Origin: Owenia fusiformis
Taxonomy: Eukaryota
Assembly: GCA_903813345.2 (NCBI GenBank)
Contig: CAIIXF020000001.1
Span: 49,352,001-49,416,000 of the forward strand
Direction: 5' to 3'
DNA: 64,000 nucleotides
A model generated the notes under the pieces. That model worked only from the letters and a program-made list of their open reading frames with translations. It made no database searches and was not told the DNA's origin. A program made the translations under genes and the position numbers. Positions 39,997-51,905 of this stretch are shown here, one piece after another (position 1 is the first letter of the stretch; each line of letters starts with the position of its first letter).

Positions 39997-41130
39997 TTAA
40001 AACTTCACCACTGAACATTCTGTGCTATTTGGTACTTCAGTACCTCTTCCATCTCTAGCGTCTCTTGTTGCGACCCCAGCTGCACCATTATTATCATCAA
40101 GAGACAATCTGGTGGTCGTGCTCCTCGACCCATCAGATATGAAGTAAACTTCTTCATTTTGTTGACGTAAACGTACCAGTTTTAATACCGCCATTCGTAA
40201 CCTCCTGTCTTTCTTACAGAATATTATTGGATTAACCACAGATTTAACCAATAAGATTTTGTATGTGATACTCATTAGTAGAAAGATCGTGCCCGAATCG
40301 AGACTTGTGCGCGTCAGAACGATTCTCACGAAAAGTAATGGAATCCATGATAGTATAAATAAACCTAAGATTGTTACTACGTTTTTCAGGATCTTGTAGC
40401 TACGTTTATATGCCACAGCTTTGGCATGGTCCACGGCTTGAATCTGAGCCAGAATCTGCGAGCGCTTCATTTTTGCAACCCAGAATATCTTCCCATACAA
40501 GCCTGCCGTTAGTGCCATCGAAGCGTAAACAATGGGATTCAAGACGGCTGAGTTATAAACATTAAGAAGTGTGTTCTGTACTGAACACTGTTTGTTGACG
40601 TCCCACCTGTTCCAGACAAAGAATGCAGGGGCAGTGATGACGAATACAAGAACCCAACACAACAAGCTCAGTAAAATCGTATTTCTCTTACACATCCAAC
40701 GATCATAACGAAATGGCAACACAATTGCTACAAAGCGTTCTATTGCCAGTGTGGCAAAAAGGAACAATTCGCCACCTGTACTAAGAAGCGTAAAGAATAT
40801 TCGCAAGAAGCAAACGTATTTTTTATCAACCATTCCTAGAACGACACCTCTTGCTATGTCATATTCATATGTCATAGATTCTCGAATCGGCATTCCAAAT
40901 AATCCTTGTATGAAGTCAACTATTGCTATGTTCAAGACTATGATATTTGGAGGCGTCTGCAAGTATTTATGTTTTAGAACTACTGTTATGAGCAAACCAT
41001 TGTTAAGAATCATGAAAACAAAGATGACGCCAGCCCAACATAACAGTCCAATGTGTACATTTCTTGTATCCACTTCCCTTTGCCAGCTGTACAAGTAACT
41101 TACATTGTGTTCTAATGTTGTGCCATCCAT
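39997..41130 (-). CDS. Intronless rhodopsin-like (class A) G protein-coupled receptor, 377 aa, ligand unknown
   Basis: Seven hydrophobic segments with TM1 Asn (LNNGLL), TM2 NIAIVD, a Cys before TM3, AIERFVAI, TM4 Trp, TM6 SWIP and TM7 NPIIF. First in-frame ATG is at 41130 (the ORF track starts at an upstream TTG). Confidence 0.92.
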   Translation of the reverse strand: MDGTTLEHNVSYLYSWQREVDTRNVHIGLLCWAGVIFVFMILNNGLLITVVLKHKYLQTPPNIIVLNIAIVDFIQGLFGMPIRESMTYEYDIARGVVLGMVDKKYVCFLRIFFTLLSTGGELFLFATLAIERFVAIVLPFRYDRWMCKRNTILLSLLCWVLVFVITAPAFFVWNRWDVNKQCSVQNTLLNVYNSAVLNPIVYASMALTAGLYGKIFWVAKMKRSQILAQIQAVDHAKAVAYKRSYKILKNVVTILGLFILSWIPLLFVRIVLTRTSLDSGTIFLLMSITYKILLVKSVVNPIIFCKKDRRLRMAVLKLVRLRQQNEEVYFISDGSRSTTTRLSLDDNNGAAGVATRDARDGRGTEVPNSTECSVVKF

Positions 41131-41224
41131 TCTAATTTTTAACACTTCAAAATCCTGATTTACACGAAGCGGCAAACGACTATGTTTGTTTTTGTTACCT
41201 AAAGAGTAGTACGGTTTTACTGAT

Positions 41225-41513
41225 AAAGGAGGAGGGAAAGTATCGCAACAGATTTCGGACAGTCATATGCTGGATTTTGGCTATTCTCAGGAAAACATTT
41301 CAGAAAAACACGGGTGTGGGTTGTTTGTATCTTCCCTGCCTCAATATCAAAATTATTTTATCATCTCTATGAGTATCAATTATTTTGTATCAGCACTATA
41401 ATCATGTTTTTATTTTTGAGTTAACATATGCACCTGTTTAAATCCTCAACAAAATAGCCAAAATCAAACATATGACTGTCCAAAATCTGTTGCGCTACTT
41501 TCCCTCCTCCTTT
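41225..41513. mobile_element. ~290-bp MITE immediately upstream of the GPCR start
   Basis: ~60-bp imperfect TIR aaaggaggagggaaagta.cgcaacagattt.ggacagtcatatg; flanks share tactga. Confidence 0.8.
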
Positions 41514-44145
41514 TACTGACTTGTTGAATTATTTCTGTGTATGTCTTTGTCCTTTAATATTGTAGTGACACAGTCGTCATAATTGTCTCTAAACTACAGG
41601 TCAGTTATTAGCAAGAGATTCAGGTTGTTTTATAGTAGTGTATATATATACTGTTATTATTGTATCACATGATCTCAACTAAGGGACCATCTCATTGTTA
41701 TTATCTCAACGAATTACTGCGTTTTTACTACAATTTATCTTGCATATTTAACTACAATCTACATAAACTTCAACAAAAATTATAAGGCAATGTATCAGAA
41801 GAGATAGGCATTCAATGATTGTAATAAACTTTTATTTCTTCATTTGACAATCTTGTATAATCTTTATACGCTGGATTTATCTATTTTAGTGGAAAGCATG
41901 CCTGTAAAATTGACCCCTGTTGAAATCTCCCAAAATTGGTAAATGATGATAAATCTATGATTTGAAAATCCTTAATATTCTAGTATGCTAATGACACCAT
42001 ACTATCGTAACAACACTGCGGTCTACAAGAACTATAATATGTGAAACTAAGATTGGAGTAAGTTGAGTGGAAGTTTTTAGAAAATTCTGTTCTGACTTTA
42101 TTTTGGGACAATCCTTTGAATTTTAGAGTAATCTTACGAATGTAAATGTACAGGAGTCAATCCCGGTGTCAACGTAAATATGGACCGTGCTTCATATTGT
42201 CCGTTAGACTATAAGTCCTGGAAAATAAGGTCCTGGACTATATTATCTAGAATAACAAGGCCGATGGACTATATTTCCTCAGGTATTTTAGTCCGTTAGC
42301 TAGAATGTGATGTCCGGGGTGGACTATAGATACCAAATCATGGTCTTTTTACCTGTCATTCAGGACCATATTTTCTCGTTAAAAATGTCCTTGGACATGT
42401 ATTGAACTTTGTCAAAATAATATTTCATTGACATACAAGATAGGATGTAATACTGCTATACCACAAAATTGTATAACCCGTCTCGTACTTAACAAAATAA
42501 TGTGTAAAACCTCTTTATTAGTCATTGGACATTTGTCTAAATATCCTGAAACATTGTTGAGATACATCAAAATTAGCGGGAAAGTGTTTGCCTTTGCAAC
42601 TCGGAAACGGGTTCAGCAGTGGAATTTTTATATATACCACAAATAGCAGGAGGAGGGGGGGGAGAATCACAGCTCACAAGTGACCAGTCAATTTGTCAAC
42701 ATAAATCATCTTAGGCATTCTGATACTCATAGCATATTTCTGTTTCACCTGAACAGGGCTGAGAAGAAATGAGATGTTATGGTTTATCATGATGCATCTA
42801 ACCCCCCTATCACACCAAACTAGTTCTTACCCATTCTTGCCAGTCCTACGAAAACTTCGTAAAACGGGCTTAATCTGGCAGTGGTCGGGAAATATGTCTA
42901 AAATAATTAGCTACTTCGTTCATAAACAGTCTTCAATACGTCCATCTCATTCGCAGTTCGTTCAGGTCGCACCTCGTCGGTGTGCAACGTCGTATAACGC
43001 GTCCCTTAGTCTAGAAGGTCATCATGACCTGATTACAGAGCGGTATGGTCGCCATCGAATTTTGAATCATTTCAAAATTCTAAAATCACCTTCCCGTCTG
43101 AGAAAGTTCATGAAATTCGTAAATAGACCTTAGAAAGTTGCAGCTACGTTCATTCTGTTCGCACACAATTTAAAACCAGTTTTGAAGAACGCAGTGGCAA
43201 CTTGTTTGGTGTGATGGCTATATTTTTGCTAACTTGTTCATAGGCAGTCTTTAATACGTTTTTAGTGAGTTTAAACCCGTTTGCAATTAGTTCTACCTCG
43301 TTCTCAATACTAGTACGTCCTTAGACAGTTCAACTCGTTGTAAAAACGTCCCCAGTAGGATTGAAGTACGACGGTTCCGTTCGTAGTACGTCCAGCTCGT
43401 CGTTAGTACGTTGTCACTCATTCTAAATGTAGAACGTGACGACCACGAGAACATTTTGAGCATGCTCTAACTTCTAGAGGACCTACCCGTTCGAGTACGT
43501 TCGATGAAGTTTCTAAATAGACCCCAAACGGTTCTAAGTACGTCCAGTCCGTTCGTACACAGTTGAAGCCCAGCTCATCCAAAAATGGATGAATTCCCCA
43601 AAAGAAATATTAAACGGGCCTTAGCTGGTGATTCCGATCATGTGATTTGTGTGAAGAGAAGAGGGAAAACCCCATGATTCAATTGATAACATACGATTTC
43701 CTCCTTCGCGCACCTCCTTTCCCGGAAGTACGTATGTCAAAGCCCAAGTATACTTGGCTACCCATCTATTCTGACTCTTGCCGAAGTATTCTGACCTGAC
43801 CCAAGTATTCTTAGTTTACTTATTTCTTCGAATACACTCGATAGATGTCCACGTTAGTTTTTTAATCATTTTGTGGTTGGATTTATTTTATTTAAAAGGT
43901 CAAAGTTTTCAAATTGACCTAGTTTTAAACCAATCAACGATCGACTCGCTAAACCAATCAGCGACGATGTCATCTCAATACAGATTTACATTATAAGCGT
44001 ATGTCATCTTTGAACCCTTGGGTTTCTCCCCCTCTTTTTGAAGAGTATGTTTACGGTCATTCTTTGACATAACCAAAGAAAACCAGATGGGAAATATCGA
44101 GATAAGATTCCCAGTTTCCATGAGAACAATACAAGAAATTGTTTA

Positions 44146-44538
44146 AAGGACGATTCTCGGTTTGGAGAACAGTCTCCTGGGCTTATAATTTTTTTCATGA
44201 AAAAATAGAAATATTACCCAAATTAAATTATGAATTTTCAAAAGAGGACATTTAGATCTACAAGATGTAAAAATAACAAATTGGTCTGAAGCAGGGATAA
44301 CGCTCAATTAGACCGATTCAATAAAATACAAGTCTCGATTTTGGGGAAAGAAGTTCATCAGTGTACTGCGCTAATATATTTTTGCGAAAAATCTAGAAAT
44401 ATTACCCAAATTAAATTATGACTATTCAAAAGAGGACATTCAAATCTATATTATGTTAAAAAAATCAAATTTGTCCGAAGCAGGGATAATGCTCATTTAG
44501 ATTGATGAACTTCGTTCTCCAAACCGAGAATCGTCCTT
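44146..44538. mobile_element. TTAA-flanked (Kolobok-like) MITE with an internal direct duplication
   Basis: ttaa|aggacgattctcggtttggagaac ... gttctccaaaccgagaatcgtcct|ttaa; block tagaaatattacccaaattaaattatga occurs twice. Confidence 0.75.
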
Positions 44539-45558
44539 TAAATTGACAGTTTATGAAAGTTAATTTAGCATGCTTGGTAACATTGATCTTTATGTGTTAC
44601 TAGTTATCTTTTACAAAATGATATGGACCATAGCGTCATCACCGTGGTTACTATAGCAACCGTAAAATGTTAAGCAGTAGGCGTATATACATGAAACTTT
44701 GACAGTGTAAGGGAATAAGATATGGACACATATATACCAACTATGAACAAGATTGGTCCATTATTCTCACAATAAGACATATTTGTGAAAAACATTTTGA
44801 ACAACCCATTAAATTGCCGCTAATGTTGTAAAACCATGGCAATTAGCTAATTGAAATCGATTGTAATTGTTTATATTAGAAATAATAAATTGATAACATG
44901 AAAAATATATATTCTTAAACCTCAGAAAAATGATTATCAAGAGAAAAACACACAATTTAGGCAAAGAAATGGGTCGATCTTGGAATTGTCTGAAAACATG
45001 TTCTTGGGTTGATTTAATTTCAAAATAAGTATGGCATCAGTGAGTTAAGACTATTATATTTATCATTTCATAAGAATTTAGCATATGATCGTACATAGGA
45101 TTTATATCGTATATGTGTAGATATTATATTTGAGATTGTAAGGAATGAACTGGAATGTTTTAACTTTACATCATTTCTCACTCCCTATAGATTCAATTCT
45201 GCCTCTAATATAAGTGTTAATGAGACGTATTAGCACCCATTCATAAAATGGAATAATTACAGCTTGGCTATCTCTTGCTTCCTGATTGGAATAAGTTTGA
45301 AATAGCTTGCCATCTTATAGGGGCGACCACAATGTTATTGGCTAGTATAGAGACTTCACTAAGAATTCAGCTAATGTATGCCCGGGGGCGTAGCCAGCAT
45401 CCCAAATTGAGTGAGGCAAAAATGCATCTTCTGCACTTATCTCCTACCAAGACGATCTCTTTGATATTAGAGATAGACACAGATGTTACTTCCTGCGAAA
45501 GCTATTTGGATTTTGATATAATAGCTTTCCCACGGAGCATTTAGACAGCTCAATGATC

Positions 45559-46008
45559 GTGACCTTTGAAATCGAATTAAGTCGATCCGCGGCTTACTTT
45601 TGGTCTCTAACTGTGTCTTACATCAGTATCATCAATCCGTGTAAGTATTGGAGCGCTGGAATACTTCTTTTTCGATCAAGACTTGTAATTGTTAGTCGAG
45701 TGAATCGTTTTACTGCCAAATTCCAATATGGCGGTTTCTGCTCGGACATTTCCGTAAATCTCCGGAGGTTGTCCGAACCTAACTAATTCTCAAAATTCAT
45801 TTCGTTCGTTGCGTATCTCGCACCTAGCAAACCGCCATATTGGAAATAGGTCTAAAAAACTTTCACTCGATGAACAATTTACAAGTCTTGATCGAAAAAG
45901 AAGTACTCCAGCGCTCCAATACTTACACGGATTGATGATACTGATGTAAGACACAGTTAGAGGCCAAAAGTAAGCCGCGGATCGACTTAATTCGATTTCA
46001 AAGGTCAC
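45559..46008. repeat. Long fold-back inverted repeat (arms ~180 bp), likely a MITE core
   Basis: 45559-~45738 is reverse-complemented at ~45828-46008. Confidence 0.85.
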
Positions 46009-47851
46009 TATTGATCAGCTGTTCACTTCTCCGTTTGAGAGCCATAAGTTTCAAAATCTAACATGGCTCTCGAAGTGAGTAACACAGATGGTCTTTGTGC
46101 GAGGTAACTTTTGCTCTAAAACGTCTGCACTGCTCTTAACATCGTTTAATTTGTAAGAAAGGGTGTGCGTACTTAGCTACATTTTTTGTACTGCCAACGT
46201 TTACAGAAACATTTCCCAGACTAAAAATTATCATTTTATTATGTCACATGGTAGAATCTTTTTTGGTCAAAGTTTTGTTTTAATCCTAGTTTTAAGTAAA
46301 AACATTTAGTTCGAAATTTCTGATCTCGTCTTCCAGTATATGCATGACGCTTCTCTAAAGTGGGAACAACGTCCGCTGAGTCGTATATTTCAAAATCCAA
46401 ACATAAATAATTGATTGTTATTAACTTATTGTACCCGTTTCATATGAATCAATAAAGAGGTTCAAGTTTTAGTGTTATACGAGTATTTCGACCCCCGGGT
46501 ATTACTGTCCCGCTCTCAATTCACTTTTCCAGGTATCTAATTACAATTATCTCAATCGGCCAAGTAGACAGTAATGAGGGGAAAACTACTCCAAATAGCT
46601 GAGGCCCAGGAATACGTGAAAAATGTTTAAAATGCCCGCTAGTGTACTGAGTTGTTAATGCGTGGTTTATAAAGGTATATACTTTAACTATAGATTACTT
46701 ACATGGATAAGAATAAGACTGATTTTTATAAGCTTAATGGATAAGAATAAGACTGATCTTTTTTTATTAATGACAGTATACCCGGGCCTCAGCCAAATAG
46801 AATCATAATTCTACACGTTCACGTACATTTTTCAAAAAACGTAATCTTAATCTCCCAAAATATCATAACCAATCTACACGTAGTATATCTTATTTGCGTA
46901 GCATTGCCTAAGTTGGTGTCTTTTATCTTTTTCATATTAATTGGAAATCAAGATAACAAGAGATAATACCGACTTAGGCAAGGCTAATTTTCCTTAAACC
47001 CATTTTCATTTGCCTTGCCTATTTTGGATCCAGGCGAGGACTTTTTTACTTACTCACTTGAGTGCTATTTGTTAAACCCTGTAAAATAATTAGCCTCTAA
47101 TATTGTGAAAATTGCCAAATAAGACAAATTAGATGAAATGCGTCAAATCAATGACGACATTAATATCAATATCGCTATGAATCACACGTGATCACAATAA
47201 ATGAACAACAAAGTATGACTGGATGGAAACGTAACCTACATTTGTGCAGAAAACTGTGACTGAATCAAAAGATTTTCCATCTCGTAATTTCAAGCATTTT
47301 TTCAAGAGAGAATTGACATACATTCCCATGATACGAGAAATAAATACAATTTGATAATAAAGAGATTTAGAACTGAAACTGGTCGTAAATCAATTGCGGT
47401 CAGGGGAGCAATACTTTATAATTCTTTGTCAACAGATTTTAGAAACGCAACCCATATAAAACAGTTTGAAAAAATGATCAAATATGATCTTATTTATCAA
47501 TACCAGTGATACTTTGTGCTTCCATCGGTTCTTTTTTTCAATTAAATTCAAATTATTTATGGTTTACAACTAAAACATGATTGCTGAAAATCTAACGAGC
47601 CATGAAATGTATACGCCCCTCTGGGGGTCTTTTTCATGTATTGTATCAAACATTGTATCTTTCTGTTTCACCTGAAACATCTCAGGGCTGAGAAGAAATG
47701 AGATGTCATGGTTTATCATGATGCTTTTCTAGAGCCCTTTTGAAAATCAAATCATCGAGTATAAGGAGTCTTCGGTCAATCACATCCACATGCAAACTAG
47801 CCTACGTGGTTCTAGGATTCATCTAGGATACGAAGATAGCTTACATATACT

Positions 47852-49527
47852 ATGGTTGGCCTATTAGTATAAAGAATACATGCGTTGTTTACGGGTGTGT
47901 AGGCGTTAATTACGCCCGTGTAGGCGTTAATTACGCCCGTCAAAGCGTTAATTACGCCCGTCAAGAAGTGAATTCTATACGCGTTAAAACAAATACAGGC
48001 GTAAACTAACGGCGTTAAAATGTTCAATAGCGGGCGTCAAGACAGTATCTAACACCCGTTGAAAAACATCTATACGCCCGTCGAGTTCATTTTAGCGCCG
48101 TGAATTATGAACCAATCAGCAACTTGCTTACATGATGATACGATGCATTATATCTAAAGTTACAACTCCAAGATCCTTGTGCAAGTTAATAACATACTCA
48201 TGATTGTGCCAGGAACAACTGTTGCAATTGGAGGCATATGAAATATTATTTCTTTTCTGGGTATCTCGGTGCACTATTTGTTCAAATGTGAAAGATGTAC
48301 ATCGTATATTAAATGAGTTATGTATTCCTGGAAATAACATGTGACATATAAAGACGGCTGCATAAAGATTCCAAAAAGTACACATCTCCCTAACACCAAA
48401 TTTGAACATATGTTGGCTAGGTATACTAGGTATATAGGCTCATTTGACATTTTCAGTACATTTTCAAAAAATGCCAGATCTGCAGGATATAGTCTAGAGT
48501 CAATTTGCAGTTGATCAGATACTATAATTCTAGTATCTGGACACATCCTTTAGAGGGATACACTAGCGATCTGACTGTATAATGAGACTGTAAGCTGCAA
48601 TGCCACCGTGAATGCGTGTGAGCTTAATAAGTCCCTACCTAGCCTACCTCTGAAGCCGACGCCTAGATTGGAGAATTATCCAAAAATCATCGTATTTAGA
48701 AACCAAACATGTATACCTTCTCAAAATATTCTGCAATGTTGTCGTTTCTACAATGGGTGTTGATAACTGCCAACACAGTACATGTCTCTTCAATTTGCCT
48801 TTTAATATGATTTACTAAAAAATGAATACTTCTTTGGTTAAATCTAGTTCAATCTTGAACGAATATTTAAGGACCTCAATGCAACACACTAAAATGTAAG
48901 CAGGCTTCTGATTGTTGTTTACTAGCGCAAGTATCTCGGAGTTGCTCTTTTAGCAAGGATGCATTAAATCATCATGTAAGTAAGGTTCTGATTGGTTCAT
49001 AATTTACGGCGCTAAAATAAACTCCACGGGTGTGAAGATGTTTCTCAGCGCGTGTAAAATAACAGTCTTAACGCCCGTAATTAATAATTTTAACGCCGTA
49101 AGTTCACGCCTGTAAATGTATTCTGAACGCCCGTAGAATTTACTTCCTCACGGGCGTAATTTACGCCTACACAGGCGTAATTTTTCGTCAGCACGGGCGT
49201 AATTTTACATCTACACGAGCGTAATTAACGCCTACACACCCGTAAACAACGCATGCATTCTTTATACTAATAGGCCAACCATATGCATGCGTTGTTTACG
49301 GGTGTGTAGGCGTTAATTACGCTCGTGTAGATGAACATTTTAACGCCGTTAGTTTACGCCTGTATTCGTTTTAACGCGTATAGAATTCACTTCTTAACGG
49401 GCGTAATTAACGCTTTGACGGGCGTAATTAACGCCTACACAGGCGTAATTAACGCCTACACGGGCGTAATTAACGCCTACACACCCGTAAACAACGCATG
49501 TATTCTTTATACTAATAGGCCAACCAT
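47852..49527. mobile_element. TIR element with internal ttaattacgcccgt repeats and a duplicated right end
   Basis: atggttggcctattagtataaagaat at 47852; its reverse complement ends at both 49282 and 49527. Confidence 0.75.
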
Positions 49528-49652
49528 ATACATAGGCGTCCACTCGATCTGTTTACTGCAGTAAAGCATGTAAACACGGTGTTATAGCATGACGGATACG
49601 CCACCTCTGAAAACGAGGTTAGTCGAATACGATCACTGATTTATCCAATAAA

Positions 49653-50893
49653 ATGGCCACGATGAAACAGAAAGCTAAGGTAGGTGCATTATTTTCTACT
49701 ACTGCGTATCAATAAAAGCATGAAAGATTTATGTAAACGTCGCATTCGGTGATGCATTCAGTAATGTTATTTTGAACGTAGTCTTTGCAAATCGACGCCC
49801 ATGGATAACATGAAATAAGCGAAAAACTGTCGAGTTTGAAATTCAAATCTTCATAAAATTTAGTAATTTGTTTCTTTTCCTCGTTAGGGCATGCTCTACA
49901 TTGCGCAACAACCTTGGTGTATATAAATATAACCTACATACGATCATACAAAGCCAATTTAGCATTGTAAACCACTTAATTTGTTCTACTCAAGCCATAA
50001 TAATGTATTTTGAATTTGCGGATACGCCAAAAATTGATAGACAGTTACGCGAACCTCGTTCATATATGTAACACCGAATCATTTCATATCGCTTGTGATC
50101 CAAAATTGAAATGTTTTTCAACCGGATTTGAGTTTTGTAAGCTATAAATAGATGAAATCGTATTATTACCACCTTGCGGGGCCTGTTCTAGGGGTTTTAG
50201 TACTAGTTGAGAAGGCATTTAAATTGCTATATTGACGTGAGCAATATTGTGTCGGGAGTTAATGACTTTAGTCGGGCAATAATGACATTATCCGCCCGGC
50301 TATGTTTCCCGGGAAAAGTGATATCGTTCAGTGCGTAAGATTTTCTATTTCAAATTTGCTATTTCAGCCCTGGGCATTAACGGTGGTAATAATAGTAATA
50401 ACGTCATTTCTGCGGGCAAAATAGTGAAATATTGGACCTTGGGCCTGCGGCCCTTGGTCCAATATTTCACTATATTGCCCTTTGAAATGACGTTATTGTA
50501 CTATTATGAAGATGGTGACACAAACAGCTGAATATGATTTGTGTTTATAATTTCAGTTCCAGAGCGACGTGTGCCTGAAGTCATACACAGCAAAAAACGG
50601 ATTGAAATTGCATGAATTGCAAACTCATTTAGGACAGCCAAAGTTTGTATGTGAAATTTGTGCCAAAGGATTTTTTTAGGAAAATAGATATGGAAAGACA
50701 CGCGCTTGTACACAGTGGGGAAAAGCCACATAAATGTACACAATGCGATAAAGCATTCGCGACCACTGGGAGTCTAACACGCCATTTGAAAGTTTGTAAA
50801 AAGTCATCAAAAGATTTCGTTTGTGAGTTCTGTTCCAAAAAATTCAAGGCACACCAATATTTGAAAGAACATAGTAAAAGGTTTAAGCATTAA
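49653..50893 (+). pseudogene. Two-exon four-finger zinc-finger gene with lesions (exon 1 49653-49679, exon 2 50557-50893)
   Basis: aaaATGGCC..AAG|gtaggt joins tttcag|TTC in phase 0: MATMKQKAK|FQSDVCLKSYTAKNGLKLHELQTHLGQPKFVCEICAKGFF. A +1 shift in the T7 run at 50671 follows, then RKIDMERHALVHSGEKPHKCTQC...CEFC..H....H*. Finger 1 has Ser in place of its first Cys. Confidence 0.75.
50389..50506. mobile_element. Palindromic miniature element in the zinc-finger gene intron
   Basis: aataacgtcatttc..gggcaa.atagtgaaatattggacc / ggtccaatatttcactat.ttgccc..gaaatgacgttatt. Confidence 0.7.
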
Positions 50894-51905
50894 CTAATAC
50901 GACTTTTTCGAAGGGTAATTTTGATTTACCACCATATAGCCTCTGGTAATATATGTCTAATGTCACTCATGACATCATCAATTAATTTGGAGTTGTTTTC
51001 TTCCGTCGCCTGTTCGTTGTTACTAATTTCTTCATTTGCCTCTTCATTACAATCATTTTCACTTTCATTGGCTTTCGCTATTTTTTCCTTGCCCTATAGA
51101 GGCTCAAGCAAGAGCGTCTCTTGCGAGTCCTGAAAACAGATATAGGCAGTTCACACATAGAGAGCTATCCATCTAGCGACCTTGACTTGACAGGAACTTG
51201 CATGTAACCGTCCGCTAACATCTAATGTAAAACTAATACAATGCGTTGCTGTCCATAAAAAATCATGCAATACATACGTATCTGTCTAACGACCTTCCAA
51301 TTGAAACCTTATTATCTACAATATTCACCACATTTCTGTTCTGCATTTGTCATTTTATGGCTTGTTTATACATAGTTTACGTACAGTTAGTATTTTGAGT
51401 GGCTCTGAGGCACATATACTGAGAAAACACGAAAAAGGACTAAAAATTATGAACTTTGAAATCTCAGCTGGGTAAGTTTACAGCTTATATTCTGCTTCTT
51501 GTAGACCACACGACAGATTTAACTCAATCTTTATAACCATTCACACATGCATCACCGAATGGAACTAGTTGAAAAGGAAAGCTTACCTGTGAATCTTGCC
51601 TACAGGCGAAAAAGAGGACATGCTGTCTTTCCCGTCCGCCATTTTTTGTTATCGTTACCGCAAAATTTGGCCAATTGCCTTGTCGTATCTGTCATGCTAT
51701 ATCACCGTGGTAAAATGAGTCCTCATTACAAGGGCCTCGTTTGTAGCGGTAATCGAGCAACAATACAATTGTGTTTCGTCAACACCGAATTATTACCAAT
51801 GTTTACTAATAAATACGGTGTCAAGTACTCTCATTCCTTAATGTGTTACATTGAATAATGGGTAGTGAGGGAATAGAAGAATATAGTTTCACGTCATTCC
51901 AATAG

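Noticed and set aside
40371..41098. Plus-strand ORFs
   Set aside because: Antisense shadows of the GPCR coding sequence
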